NCBI GenBank assembly: GCA_963790475.1
Contig: CAWBOS010000012.1
Span: 768,001 to 832,000, forward strand
Origin: an uncultured delta proteobacterium
GTDB taxonomy: Bacteria > Desulfobacterota > RBG-13-43-22
Length of the DNA stretch: 64,000 nt
Direction: 5' to 3'
Shown: piece after piece, positions 1 through 9,815 of the stretch
Numbering within the stretch: the first letter of the stretch is position 1
Layout of the letters: each line of letters starts with the position of its first letter
Program-made: the position numbers and the translations under genes
Notes under the pieces: generated by a model
Seen by the model: only the letters and a program-made list of their open reading frames with translations
What the model was told of the DNA's origin: nothing
The model's database searches: none

Positions 1-2480
1 TGGTCAAGAAGTGGAATTGAATGCCTTCACGGAAGGCCTCTTCAATTTCCTCTTTCCAGGCCGGCATATCCTGCCGGGTGCGTCGGTAAAGGATATGGAC
101 CCTTCTGGCCCCCAGACGCAGGGCGGTTCGGGCGGCATCGATGGCCACGGCACCGCCGCCGACGACGGCCACACTCTTTCCTTTGACCTCGGGGGCTTTG
201 CCTAAGGCCACGTTTTTCAGGAACTCGACCCCCTGATAGACTCCGGGAAGGTCTTCGCCGGGGATGCCCAAACGACGTCCTTTATGGGCGCCGATGGCCA
301 GGATAACGGCACTTATAGCCGTCCCGGTCCAGCAATCCGTCAATGGTGAAGTCTTTTCCCATTTCTTGTCCCAGTTTGATTTCCACACCGGCCCGCTTGA
401 TGGCTTCGATTTCCAGATTCAGGATATTTCGCGGCAAACGATATTCCGGAATCCCAACCGCCATCATGCCGCCGGCCACCGGCAGCTTATCCAAGACGGT
501 CACCGGATAGCCCCGTTGGGCCAGTCTGAGGGCAGCGGTCAAACCGGCCGGACCGGCCCCGATAACGGCCACCTTTTCCTTTTTAGGACCCTCAATCTTG
601 GCCGGAGTCCAGGGTTTTTCCATTTCATGATCGGCCATGAGCCTCTTGGCCTGGCGGATGGCCACCGGTTCGTCAATATCCCCGCGCCGGCATTTCTGCT
701 CGCAAAACGCAGGACAAACCCGGCCGCAGATCAAGGCGAAGGGGTTCTTCTCCCGATGGACCTCCAGACCTTCGGCGTATTGACCCTGAGCAATCAAGGT
801 AATAAACGAGGGGACATCCACTTCGGCCGGACAGGCATTGGTACAACGGGCCCGCACCAGGCTCTTGCAGGCTCCTGCCGGACACTCCCCGTCAAGGATA
901 TGGGATAAAAATTCGGCTTCAAAATATTTCAAGGCCGACATGACCGGACCGGGGGTCAATTGCCCCAAGGCGCACAGGGATCCCGTTTCCATCCCTTTGG
1001 CGATGGTCTTGATGGTGTCCAGATCTTCCAGTCTTCCCTGGCCTTCGGTGATGCGGGTCAGGATTTCCAGCATCCGTTTCCCGCCGACCCGGCAGGGAAT
1101 GCATTTTCCGCAGGATTCGGCCTGAGCGAATTTTAAAAAGAATTTGGAAAATTCCACCATGCAGGTGTCTTCATCCACTACAATCATACCGCCGGACCCC
1201 ATGACCGCGCCCACTTCCTGCAGGGAATCGAAATCGACTTCCACATTGAGGTGTTGCGGAGGGATGCACCCCCCCAGGGGACCTCCGGTTTGGACGGCCT
1301 TGAAGCGCTTGTCTTTGAGAATCCCCCCGCCGATATCAAAGATGATTTCACCCAGGGTGATCCCCATGGGCACCTCAACCAGACCGGTGTTATTCACCTT
1401 TCCGGTTAAGGCAAAGATGGCCGTGCCGGGACTTCGTTTGGTGCCGATGTTATTGAACCAATTGGACCCGTTGGTAATAATCTGAGGAACATTGGCGTAA
1501 CTTTTAACATTATTCAGGTTGGTCGGCTTCCCCCACAGACCGGAGGCGGCCGGAAAGGGGGGACGGGGCCGCGGCTCACCGCGGCGGCCTTCAATAGAGG
1601 CCAGCAGGGCCGTTTCCTCTCCGCAGACAAAGGCCCCTGCCCCTTCCTTGATATGCAGATGAAATGAGAAATCGGTGTTCAGAATATTATCTCCCAGCAA
1701 GCCATACTCTTCCGCCTGGGCAATAGCCACATTGAGTCGTTTAATGGCTAACGGGTATTCGGCCCGACAATAGATGTATCCTTCGCTGGCCCCAATGGCA
1801 TACCCGCAGATGGTCATGCCTTCGATCAAACTGTGGGGGTCGCCTTCCAGCAGGGATCGGTCCATAAAGGCCCCGGGGTCCCCTTCATCGGCATTGCAGA
1901 CCACGTACTTGATATCTCCCGGGGCCCTATAGGTAAATTCCCATTTGGTACCGGTGGAAAACCCGGCCCCTCCACGTCCTCTCAATCCGGAACGTTTTAC
2001 CTCTTGGATCACTTCCTCCTGGGTCATATCAAATAAGGCCTTGGACAGACCTTCATATCCGCCTTGAACAATGTATTCGTCAATCTTCTCCGGATCGATG
2101 ATTCCGCAGTTCCGCAGGGTAATCCGGACTTGTTTGCTGTAAAAGGGAATATCCTGATACCGGGGAAGTTCCTTGTAGGTATCAGGGGTTTTATAGGTTA
2201 AACGGCCGACTACCCTTCCTTTGACCAGGGTTTCTTCGACAATCGTCTGGACGTCCCTGGGCTGTACCTGACAATAAAAAATCCCTTCAGGGTAGATGAC
2301 CATGATCGGTCCCATAGCACAAAAGCCGCGACATCCGGTCGGTACAACACGGACCTCCTTCTCCAATCCACGGCGGGCAATCTCTTTGCCTAATCCGGAG
2401 ATGACCTCTTGGGAATCCGAGGCCGTGCACCCCGTCCCGCCGCACACGAGAACGTTGGCCCGATAAAAAGGTTCAGCCAT
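1..2480 (-). CDS. HydB/NuoF-type NADH:flavin subunit fused to a C-terminal GltD/NfnB-like NAD(P)H-FAD domain; 1-nt frameshift near 312, runs off the window start
   Basis: N-terminal thioredoxin-like 2Fe-2S domain (CGGTGC...GCRGFC), GLRGRGGAGF, NADEGDPG, GAFVCGEETAL, SCGKCIPCR, then CTNACP, CGRVCP..CE..C and GAGPAG. After 'DGYK' the shifted frame continues AVILAIGAHKGRRLGIPGED...VAVVGGGAVAIDAARTALRLGA..ILYRR to the window edge. Confidence 0.85.
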
Positions 2481-2532
2481 GTCTGCCTCCTACAATATGC
2501 TTAATGTTATTGGTTTCAAATTCCAAATCCGA

Positions 2533-2913
2533 TCAGGTTTTTTGGGCTTCCATTCGACTGACCGCCCATTCCGAAATCACCTGACCTCGAACCAGATGTT
2601 CCTCAATTAAACGGGGCACCTTTTCCTGAGTGATATTCCCGTATCGAACCCTGGATTTTCCCGCTTGTTCTATATCCACCAGGGGTTCTTTGGCACACAT
2701 CCCCACACAACCCACCGTTTCCACATGGGCTTCAATCTTTCGTGTATCCAGTTCCTTTAAAACGGCCTGCATAACCTCCCTGGCTCCGGCAGCAATGCCA
2801 CAGGTCCCCATGCCGATAATAATCCGGGTCCCGGTCTTAACACGGGATAAAAGATCTTTCCTGGCCTCTTCACGGATCTTTTTTAATTCTTCGATGCTTT
2901 TTAATTTTGTCAT
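2533..2913 (-). CDS. Thioredoxin-like [2Fe-2S] ferredoxin subunit (HydD/HndB-like)
   Basis: GMGTCGIAAGA...VGCVGMCAKEPLV motif; position next to the NuoF-like gene. Confidence 0.85.
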   Translation of the reverse strand: MTKLKSIEELKKIREEARKDLLSRVKTGTRIIIGMGTCGIAAGAREVMQAVLKELDTRKIEAHVETVGCVGMCAKEPLVDIEQAGKSRVRYGNITQEKVPRLIEEHLVRGQVISEWAVSRMEAQKT

Positions 2914-2953
2914 TGATTCCCTCCTGTTTCCTCTGCCGATCGCTTATTCCTTT

Positions 2954-3523
2954 TTAGGCCGTCGCCCTCATCGCTGCGGCCTTAGAAAACAAATCGTTTT
3001 CACCTTTATTCAAAAAATCAAGCAGCCAATTCCGCACTTTGGGGTGAGTGATGGGTATGTCTACTAATTCCTTCCGAATATCAGAGGATTCCAGTCGGAA
3101 TTCCTCCTGGTCGACCTTATGGATATAGAGCCAATCTATTTTATTTTCCGCAAAAAGCACGGTCATAAGGACCGATGGTATATTCCCCAAGGGAGCTCGA
3201 TCGATATGGCTATGACGAAAGGTGGCTTGAATCGTTGTCCCGGTCCCCGGATGGGAATGGATTTCCAGATTCCCGTCACATTGGCGGCAGGCCTCCAGCA
3301 ACAAGGGAAGCCCCAGGCCTATATGCCGGGTTGTACGGGTGGTATAAAAAGGATCCAGAACCCTGGCAATCTGCTCTTCGGACATGCCCCGCCCATTATC
3401 ACTGATTTCCATGACCAATAAGTCCGCTCTTAAATCCTCATGGATTTTTATTTCAATCTTGGACGCACCGGCTTCAATTGAATTTTGAACCATGTCGAGC
3501 AGATGTAGAGAGAGTTCTATCAA
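2954..3523 (-). CDS. Stand-alone HATPase_c (histidine kinase-like ATP-binding) protein
   Basis: ELSLHLLDMVQNSIEAGA, DNGRGM, DPFYTTR, GLGL, HIDRAPLG; typical of hydrogenase operons. Confidence 0.85.
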   Translation of the reverse strand: MIELSLHLLDMVQNSIEAGASKIEIKIHEDLRADLLVMEISDNGRGMSEEQIARVLDPFYTTRTTRHIGLGLPLLLEACRQCDGNLEIHSHPGTGTTIQATFRHSHIDRAPLGNIPSVLMTVLFAENKIDWLYIHKVDQEEFRLESSDIRKELVDIPITHPKVRNWLLDFLNKGENDLFSKAAAMRATA

Positions 3524-3528
3524 GGTCT

Positions 3529-3996
3529 TTAGGTCTCCTTTAAGATCTGGGCCATTTTTTCAGGGACTAAACGGCCCACCACCTTGTTGTCCACCACCGC
3601 CACCGGGGCCAGCCCGCAAGCCCCCAGACAGTAGACGACTTCAAAGGTATACTTATAGTCCGGGGAAGTTTCTCCAGCCTGAATCCCCAATTGATTTTGA
3701 ATCGTATCGGTGATCTTTCCCGCCCCGCGCACATGGCAGGCGGTCCCGTCGCATTGCCGGATAATGTGTTTACCCCGTCGCGTCAGATAAAATTGGGAGT
3801 AAAAAGTAGCTACCCCATAGATCTGACTTAAGGGGATACCCGTTTTCTCAGATATCCAGTTGAGTGCCTCAGGCGGAAGATAACCGTAAATATCCTGGGC
3901 TTTCTGTAAAATCGGGATTAAAGTCCCGGTCTGCCCGTTATACTCCTCGATTATTTTATTGAGAGGTTCTAATTCGATGGTTTCCGATTGGGTCAT
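3529..3996 (-). CDS. NuoE/HydC/HndA-like [2Fe-2S] subunit
   Basis: GVATFYSQF, CDGTACHVRG, CLGACGLAP. Confidence 0.9.
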   Translation of the reverse strand: MTQSETIELEPLNKIIEEYNGQTGTLIPILQKAQDIYGYLPPEALNWISEKTGIPLSQIYGVATFYSQFYLTRRGKHIIRQCDGTACHVRGAGKITDTIQNQLGIQAGETSPDYKYTFEVVYCLGACGLAPVAVVDNKVVGRLVPEKMAQILKET

Positions 3997-4011
3997 TTTT
4001 CCCTCCTATTA

Positions 4012-4824
4012 TTAATAATCCCGGCCAATCATTTCTTTTGGCCACTCCACCACAACCTGCCGTCCTTCCTGACCTTGGAAAGCCAGGATCATTTCTTTGA
4101 TCTCCGGATGGGCCATCCTGAAAAGCGTTCGATCTTGGATCTCGTTCAGCCGATGGGCATCTCCGTTGACGATAAGACACCATTCCTTTAATTGAGGCCA
4201 CTCCAGGAAGCCCTTTCGCGGATCAAAATAAGGGGTAACCTCCAGAGCGCTGACCTCCAGGGTCGCCGGGATCAGACCAAGATTGGATAATAAACTGTAG
4301 GATGGACGGTCTACATGGGCCGGGATGGCCATCCCCCCCAGTGAGGCAACCTGCCCGACAATTTCTTCCAAGGTCATATCCGCTGATTGGGCCAGCAAGC
4401 GCTCTTCAGTCCAAAGCCATTCTCCGGCGGCATTGACCACATACTGCGGCCCGAACAAGTCCTCTTTGTTGGCCATAGGGGGCATTTTTTCAAAAATCTT
4501 TTCTTGCCAGGCCTTACAGGGCTCAACGGAATCAAACAGACAAAGGAGGTGGACTTCCTCCTTAGACTGCAGTTCCATTCCCGGCAAAACATGTATATTG
4601 GTGCCCACAGCCGCCTCCATGACCGCTTCCGCATTATGACAGGCATTATGATCGGTAATGGCTATCAGATTTAAACCTTTTCTTTCTGCCTGCCACAAGA
4701 TCAAGGAAGGTATCATCTCTATTTCCGCGCATCCCGACAGTACGGTATGAATATGTAAATCCGCCTTAAAAAGTTTCAACCGATCCGGATTAAACGGGGT
4801 GCTTTTCTGTTCCTTATTCACCAT
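4012..4824 (-). CDS. PHP-domain phosphoesterase
   Basis: DLHIHT, ITDHN, AHVDR, GDAH; the ATG at 4824 overlaps the end of the upstream DRTGG gene. Confidence 0.85.
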   Translation of the reverse strand: MVNKEQKSTPFNPDRLKLFKADLHIHTVLSGCAEIEMIPSLILWQAERKGLNLIAITDHNACHNAEAVMEAAVGTNIHVLPGMELQSKEEVHLLCLFDSVEPCKAWQEKIFEKMPPMANKEDLFGPQYVVNAAGEWLWTEERLLAQSADMTLEEIVGQVASLGGMAIPAHVDRPSYSLLSNLGLIPATLEVSALEVTPYFDPRKGFLEWPQLKEWCLIVNGDAHRLNEIQDRTLFRMAHPEIKEMILAFQGQEGRQVVVEWPKEMIGRDY

Positions 4825-5158
4825 TGATCCCCAGAAGGTTAAGTTGCCCGACAATGGAAAAGGTATTATTAGGAGTAAGCAGCAATATCACCTTTTCTTT
4901 TTCCGCCTGGGCGATGGTCTCTGGGGCTGGCCGGTTTCCTTCAGTTATGATGACACCGGCCAGATTTAACAGACTGGCTACCGCTACCACATTGACATGA
5001 GACTGAAGGGTAACCCAGAGGAAATCCTTTTTCGCTCCCCGCATGGCACAACTGAGGAGGTCCGAAGCATATCCACCCGCCACCGGACGATTCACCGATT
5101 CGATGGAAGTAACCGCCTCCAATTTTAATTGTTCAATGACCGATGGTAGACCAATCAT
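4814..5158 (-). CDS. DRTGG-domain protein
   Basis: GGYASDLLS, WVTLQSHVNVVAVA, IITEG; ATG at 5158 with AGGAGGGG RBS. Confidence 0.85.
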   Translation of the reverse strand: MIGLPSVIEQLKLEAVTSIESVNRPVAGGYASDLLSCAMRGAKKDFLWVTLQSHVNVVAVASLLNLAGVIITEGNRPAPETIAQAEKEKVILLLTPNNTFSIVGQLNLLGINGE

Positions 5159-5211
5159 AGTAGTTTCGGATGAACCCCTCCTTTTATTGACCTTTTCAAA
5201 ACTGTTAAAGT

Positions 5212-5228
5212 AGCAAGGTCTGTGCCAG
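5212..5228 (-). promoter_or_regulatory. Sigma54 (-24/-12) promoter
   Basis: Minus strand CTGGCAC-AGACC-TTGCT, consensus TGGCAC-N5-TTGC, about 55 bp upstream of the DRTGG start. Confidence 0.8.
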
Positions 5229-5590
5229 AAAAAAGAGGGGAGACCATGAAACCTTCCCAAGGCAAATGGACCCTTACCGGCTGTAATTATTAAACTAAAC
5301 AAATGGGAAAGGAATTGGGGAAAGGCGACTCGCTTTATTTTTTAAGCCTGAGGTCGATTATTTTTTACAGGTTGTAAAAAAAACTGGCAGCTATTTTAAG
5401 AAAAACAATTTCAAACCGTTTCCGAATTCCCGCTCTTAAAAATTGGAGGGTATTGGATTTCAGTTACTGAATTCGAAGTAGGAATAACCAATTTTTGCCC
5501 TGAATTCCGAACTGAGTACTTCGGTGGGTAAACCTCTTTGAGAAGAAGATTGTGCAATCAAAAAAATGCTTTTTTTGAGTTGGCAGCCCA

Positions 5591-6490
5591 TCAAAGGGAA
5601 ATCCCGATATCCAATTGGGTTCCTATGCCAAGATTCGATTCAATGGTGAATGAATCGGCACACTTCTTTATATTGGCCAAGCCCATTCCCGCCCCGAAAC
5701 CCAACTCCTGGATCCAGGCAGGGGCCGTTGAATATCCGGGAGACATGGCCTGTTCCACATCGGGGATACCAGGACCGCGATCGGTTACCGTCATCCGAAT
5801 CAATTCAGGTTCAATTTCAACATTCAAATCTCCACCGGCATCGGTATGAATTATGAGATTCATTTCGGCCTCATAGGCACAAATGGCCACTCGGCGCAGT
5901 ATTTGGGGTGGGATCCCCAGTTGCTCCATGGACTTTTTAATCTTGCTGGAGGCACTTCCCCCGCTCTTAAAATCCTTCTCCTTGATGTGGTATCTTAGAA
6001 TCAGACTGGTCTGGTCGGAAACAATATCTTCTCTAAAAATAATTTGGGGGCTTCGTTTGAGTTCTTTATCATTCTCGTTTAAGCTGATGGCTTCCAACAA
6101 TCCCCTGGTGATATCACTGCCGGTTAATATTCCTGTTAAGGCTCCTCGTTCATTAACAACTAAGAGTCGACCGACATGAAATTGGGAAAATTTTCTGACA
6201 GCCTCGATAATGGAGGCCTTTTCCATGACGGTAATCAACTGCTTGGTCATTCTCTGACTAACGGGTACGTCGAGCTCCCCGGCCTCCAAGGCCTTGATCA
6301 GATCCTCGATAGAAACAATCCCGATCAGGTGACCGTTATCCAGCACCGGGGTGCCGGATATCCGATTGATCCTTAATATTTCCTTTAATTGCCTGATGGT
6401 CGTTTCCGGTGTGACAGTGATGATGTTCTTCCTCATCACATGTTCAATCGGCAAATTATAAATGAGTTCTTGTTTTTTGGTAAATTCCAA
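5591..6490 (-). CDS. CBS-pair fused to an RsbT-like anti-sigma Ser/Thr kinase (HATPase)
   Basis: Two CBS repeats (ISGTPV..IGIVS; GRLLVV..GILT) then AYEAEMN, DRGPGI, GFGAGMGL. Confidence 0.85.
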   Translation of the reverse strand: MEFTKKQELIYNLPIEHVMRKNIITVTPETTIRQLKEILRINRISGTPVLDNGHLIGIVSIEDLIKALEAGELDVPVSQRMTKQLITVMEKASIIEAVRKFSQFHVGRLLVVNERGALTGILTGSDITRGLLEAISLNENDKELKRSPQIIFREDIVSDQTSLILRYHIKEKDFKSGGSASSKIKKSMEQLGIPPQILRRVAICAYEAEMNLIIHTDAGGDLNVEIEPELIRMTVTDRGPGIPDVEQAMSPGYSTAPAWIQELGFGAGMGLANIKKCADSFTIESNLGIGTQLDIGISL

Positions 6491-6717
6491 TGGGAAATAT
6501 CCTTACTTTGATTATAAAAAAGAAGGGCCACAAAAAATGAAAAAGATTCAAAGGGGGCATCGACCGGGTTAGTCCTGTGTAATGAGTTATGAGTTCGGAG
6601 CTTAATCTATTACTCCGAACTCCGTACTCCGAACTTTATACCCGAGTTACAACACCTTCTGATCCGTCTCCATGCATCAGGGAGTCCCTCTGAAAATGAA
6701 CATTTTTATAGAAAAAA

Positions 6718-7074
6718 TCAACGTCGCGTTAAAGGAACGGAGGCCATGCCTGCTTGATAAAGGCGTCCGCAAGATTCGAACATTCCGAAATTCGTCCTGA
6801 CGAGAGGAATGCCCAGCTCTTCGGCCAACTGGATGGTTTCCGGGTCGGGGACCTTCCCCCGTACAAAAAGAACAGCGGTGACATAGGCCATTTCCGCTGT
6901 CCTGATGGCTTGAATGTTTTTTAAACCGGTAAGGAGCATGGAGCCGGGAGGCAGGTAGGCCAGGGCGTCACTCATTAAATCCATGGCCCCGCAATATTTA
7001 ACCTCCATGTCCATATCGCTTCCCCGGGTCAGAATGGTTCCTTGTACGATTTCAACAACTTCTTTTAGTTTCAC
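6718..7074 (-). CDS. DRTGG-domain protein
   Basis: DLMSDAL, LLTGL..QAIRTAEM, FVRGK, MFESCGRLY. Confidence 0.85.
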   Translation of the reverse strand: MKLKEVVEIVQGTILTRGSDMDMEVKYCGAMDLMSDALAYLPPGSMLLTGLKNIQAIRTAEMAYVTAVLFVRGKVPDPETIQLAEELGIPLVRTNFGMFESCGRLYQAGMASVPLTRR

Positions 7075-7148
7075 AGCCTTGAATCCTCGGATAATTTATT
7101 TTTTTATGGTGCTTATTTTATCTCATAACCCTTAAAAAGAAAATTTAA

Positions 7149-7643
7149 TTATTTTCCCTGGCCGATCTCCTTGATCAGCCAATCACAAGCTCGGGGAATG
7201 GCCTCTTTCACCTCAGGACAAAGACCGGGGCGTACGGTATCCGGAACTTCCTTGGCCTGAACCACAAGTATCCGAATATCCACACCGGTTAAGCCCTCCA
7301 GTTCATGCAATTGAATAATCGAAGGGAACTGATGAGAGGGCCTTCCGTTCATTTTTCCATCGGGCAATTGGTCAAGATTGATTTCGAAGAGTTCCCCCGC
7401 TTTTCGATCAGGTTGAGAAATGGCATCCAAGACATAGATACATTTCGGCTTGACAGGGGCCAGGATGAGATCAAAAAGAAAATCTTTGATACCCGTTCCC
7501 ATATCCACGGCCAGAACATTCTCCGGCAATGAGACATTCTTTTCCAGGTAATCAATGACAGCCGGACCAAACCCATCGTCACCGAAAAGGATATTACCAC
7601 ACCCTAAGATTAAAATCGGATTCCTAAGGATATCCTGAATCAT
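7149..7643 (-). CDS. [NiFe]-hydrogenase maturation protease (HycI/FrhD-like)
   Basis: ILGCGNILFGDDGFG, DMGT, LDAI, SHQ motifs. Confidence 0.85.
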   Translation of the reverse strand: MIQDILRNPILILGCGNILFGDDGFGPAVIDYLEKNVSLPENVLAVDMGTGIKDFLFDLILAPVKPKCIYVLDAISQPDRKAGELFEINLDQLPDGKMNGRPSHQFPSIIQLHELEGLTGVDIRILVVQAKEVPDTVRPGLCPEVKEAIPRACDWLIKEIGQGK

Positions 7644-7702
7644 TTCTGTCTCCTGTAATATGTTTTACCGAATAGCGGCTTAAATTGTTAATGAAAAATT
7701 AA

Positions 7703-7719
7703 TGCAAAAAAAATGCCTG
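7703..7719 (-). promoter_or_regulatory. Probable sigma54 promoter
   Basis: Minus strand AGGCA-TTTTTTTT-GCA: GG-N10-GC, about 60 bp upstream of the protease start. Confidence 0.6.
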
Positions 7720-7894
7720 AATAAAATAGGGAAAAAGGTCCTATTAAAAATGCTGACTTTAACTTCTGAAGATGATATATAACTATAATCTAAGGTTCCG
7801 GAGGAAAACAATGGATAAAAAATTTTCGCCGCAATCCTTTGACCCTTTTGTTCGGCAAATTAAGGGCAATCTGAGCATCTTAGGGGGGACTGCA

Positions 7895-8479
7895 ATGAAG
7901 AAACTTTTTATTTTTGGTTCGATCTTAATTTTGGCGCTGACCATGACCGGATGCGGCTATAACACCATCCAAACCAACGAAGAAGCAGTCAAAGCCGCTT
8001 GGGGAGACGTGGAGGCGGCTTATCAAAGGAGAAACGATCTGATCCCCAATTTAGTCGAAGTGGTCAAGGGCTATGCCAAGCACGAGAAGGAGACCCTCAC
8101 CGCAGTTACCGAGGCACGGGCTAAAGTGGGTTCAATCCAAATCAACAAGAATATGTTGGAAGATCCTAATGCCTTCGGCCAATTCCAGGCTGCCCAAGGG
8201 GCCATGAGCAGTGCCCTGTCCAGGTTGATGGTGGTGGTGGAACGATATCCCGATCTCAAAGCCAACCAGAATTTCCAAGACCTTCAACATCAACTGGAAG
8301 GCACGGAAAACAGGATTAATGTGGCCCGGGTAAGATACAACAAGGCCGTTGAAATCTTTAACGGTTCGATCAGGACCTTTCCCAACAGCCTAACCAATAA
8401 ATTTTTATTGGGGTTAAAGCTTAAGGAACCTTTTAAAGCCGAAGCCGGGGCGGAAAAGGCTCCGCAGGTTAAATTTTAA
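7895..8479 (+). CDS. lemA: LemA family protein
   Basis: [41 protein letters not shown]; lipobox-like MTGC. Confidence 0.92.
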   Translation: MKKLFIFGSILILALTMTGCGYNTIQTNEEAVKAAWGDVEAAYQRRNDLIPNLVEVVKGYAKHEKETLTAVTEARAKVGSIQINKNMLEDPNAFGQFQAAQGAMSSALSRLMVVVERYPDLKANQNFQDLQHQLEGTENRINVARVRYNKAVEIFNGSIRTFPNSLTNKFLLGLKLKEPFKAEAGAEKAPQVKF

Positions 8480-8512
8480 AACCTCCCGAAAGGATTCGAG
8501 GGATCGGGTCAT

Positions 8513-8569
8513 GTAGGACAGGCGCCCTCGCCTGTCATTAAAAATCACAGCCGGGGGCGGCTGTGCTAC
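8513..8569. repeat. GTAG-type REP doublet (REPIN-like)
   Basis: GTAG-GACAGGCG CCCT CGCCTGTC ... CACAGCCG GGGG CGGCTGTG-CTAC, inverted pair. Confidence 0.65.
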
Positions 8570-8622
8570 CTACCAGGAATTCGCGTATCCTTATTTTCGT
8601 TTTGAAATAGAATGGTTAAAGA

Positions 8623-9498
8623 ATGAAAAAAATCGCTCTATTTTTCTCTTTTTTCCTTTTCTTCCTTCCCTCAATAGTCCAGGCCCTGGCGGTACCGGCG
8701 CTTCAGGGTCATGTCAACGATTATGCCGGGATGATTTCCCAGACGCTCCGAGATCGCCTGGAAGGAGAACTAAAGGCTTTCGAACAATCCGATTCCACTC
8801 AATTGGTTCTTCTTACCGTTCCCAGTCTGGAAGGGGAACCGATAGAATCCTTCAGTATCAAAGTCGGGGAAACCTGGAAGATTGGGCAAAAAAACAAGGA
8901 CAACGGGATCATTGTGGTCGTGGCCAAGCAGGAACGGAAGATAAGGATCGAGGTCGGCCGCGGCTTGGAAGGCCGTTTGACGGACTTACTGGCCGGGAGG
9001 ATAGTGGACTTGGTTATTACCCCCAGGTTCAAAAGAGGGGATTTTGACGGCGGATTCCAGGCCGGGATTTCCGCCTTAATTGATGCCACCCGAGGTGAAT
9101 TCAAGGCCGATGAAGGACAAGGGGCAAGAAGAGGTAAAAGGGCCCCGTCTTTCTTTACTCTTCTTATTATCGGATTTGTTGCCCTGTTATTTATTGGAAG
9201 CCTTTCCCGTATTATTGGTGGTATTGCCGGGGCCGTAGGTTTGCCGGCCTTGATTCATCTGGGTCTTTTCCCCTTAGGAATTGTAGGATTGATCCTTGCC
9301 GCCCTGGCCGGTTTGGGAATAGGCCTGTTTCTTCCCTCCCTTTTTTCCGGTACGGGGGTGGGAAGGGGAGGTGGCTTTTGGACCGGAGGCGGATTTTTCC
9401 CTCCCGGCGGTGGTGGCTGGGGCGGCGGGGACTCGGGAGGAGGTTTCGGCGGTGGAGGAGGGGACTTCGGCGGCGGTGGCGCGTCGGGGGACTGGTAA
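8623..9498 (+). CDS. TPM-domain (YgcG-like) membrane protein
   Basis: HVNDYAG, DNGII, RIEVGRGLEG, Gly-rich tail GGGDFGGGGASGDW. Confidence 0.9.
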   Translation: MKKIALFFSFFLFFLPSIVQALAVPALQGHVNDYAGMISQTLRDRLEGELKAFEQSDSTQLVLLTVPSLEGEPIESFSIKVGETWKIGQKNKDNGIIVVVAKQERKIRIEVGRGLEGRLTDLLAGRIVDLVITPRFKRGDFDGGFQAGISALIDATRGEFKADEGQGARRGKRAPSFFTLLIIGFVALLFIGSLSRIIGGIAGAVGLPALIHLGLFPLGIVGLILAALAGLGIGLFLPSLFSGTGVGRGGGFWTGGGFFPPGGGGWGGGDSGGGFGGGGGDFGGGGASGDW

Positions 9499-9566
9499 AA
9501 TCAATTGCGGATTTCGGATTGCGGCATTTAGATACCGGTATCCGTATAGCCTTTTTAAATAAAGGG

Positions 9567-9759
9567 TTTCACCGCAGAGCCGCAGAGGACGCAAAGAAGA
9601 TAATTTGTGTTTGCCGGTGAGAGGCCGGCAAACACAAAACTTCGCTACCCTGCGGGTAATTATTTGGGCGGAGGCCAGAGTTGGTTTGCTCAATCCCGCC
9701 TCTCACGGGATTGAGCAAAAAAAAATTCTCTCTGCGCTCTCTGCGACTCCGCGGTGAAA
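9567..9759. repeat. Structured intergenic repeat, copy A (kissing-loop MITE/ncRNA-like)
   Basis: Imperfect terminal IR (TTTCACCGCAGAG...CTCCGCGGTGAAA). Hairpin 9604-9638 has loop TGAGAGG; hairpin 9685-9719 has loop CCTCTCA. Homologous to 35762-35940. Confidence 0.85.
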
Positions 9760-9815
9760 AACATTTTCTCTTAAAACCAACTTGATGCGGAAAAATAATT
9801 TAATCGGTTGAAACT

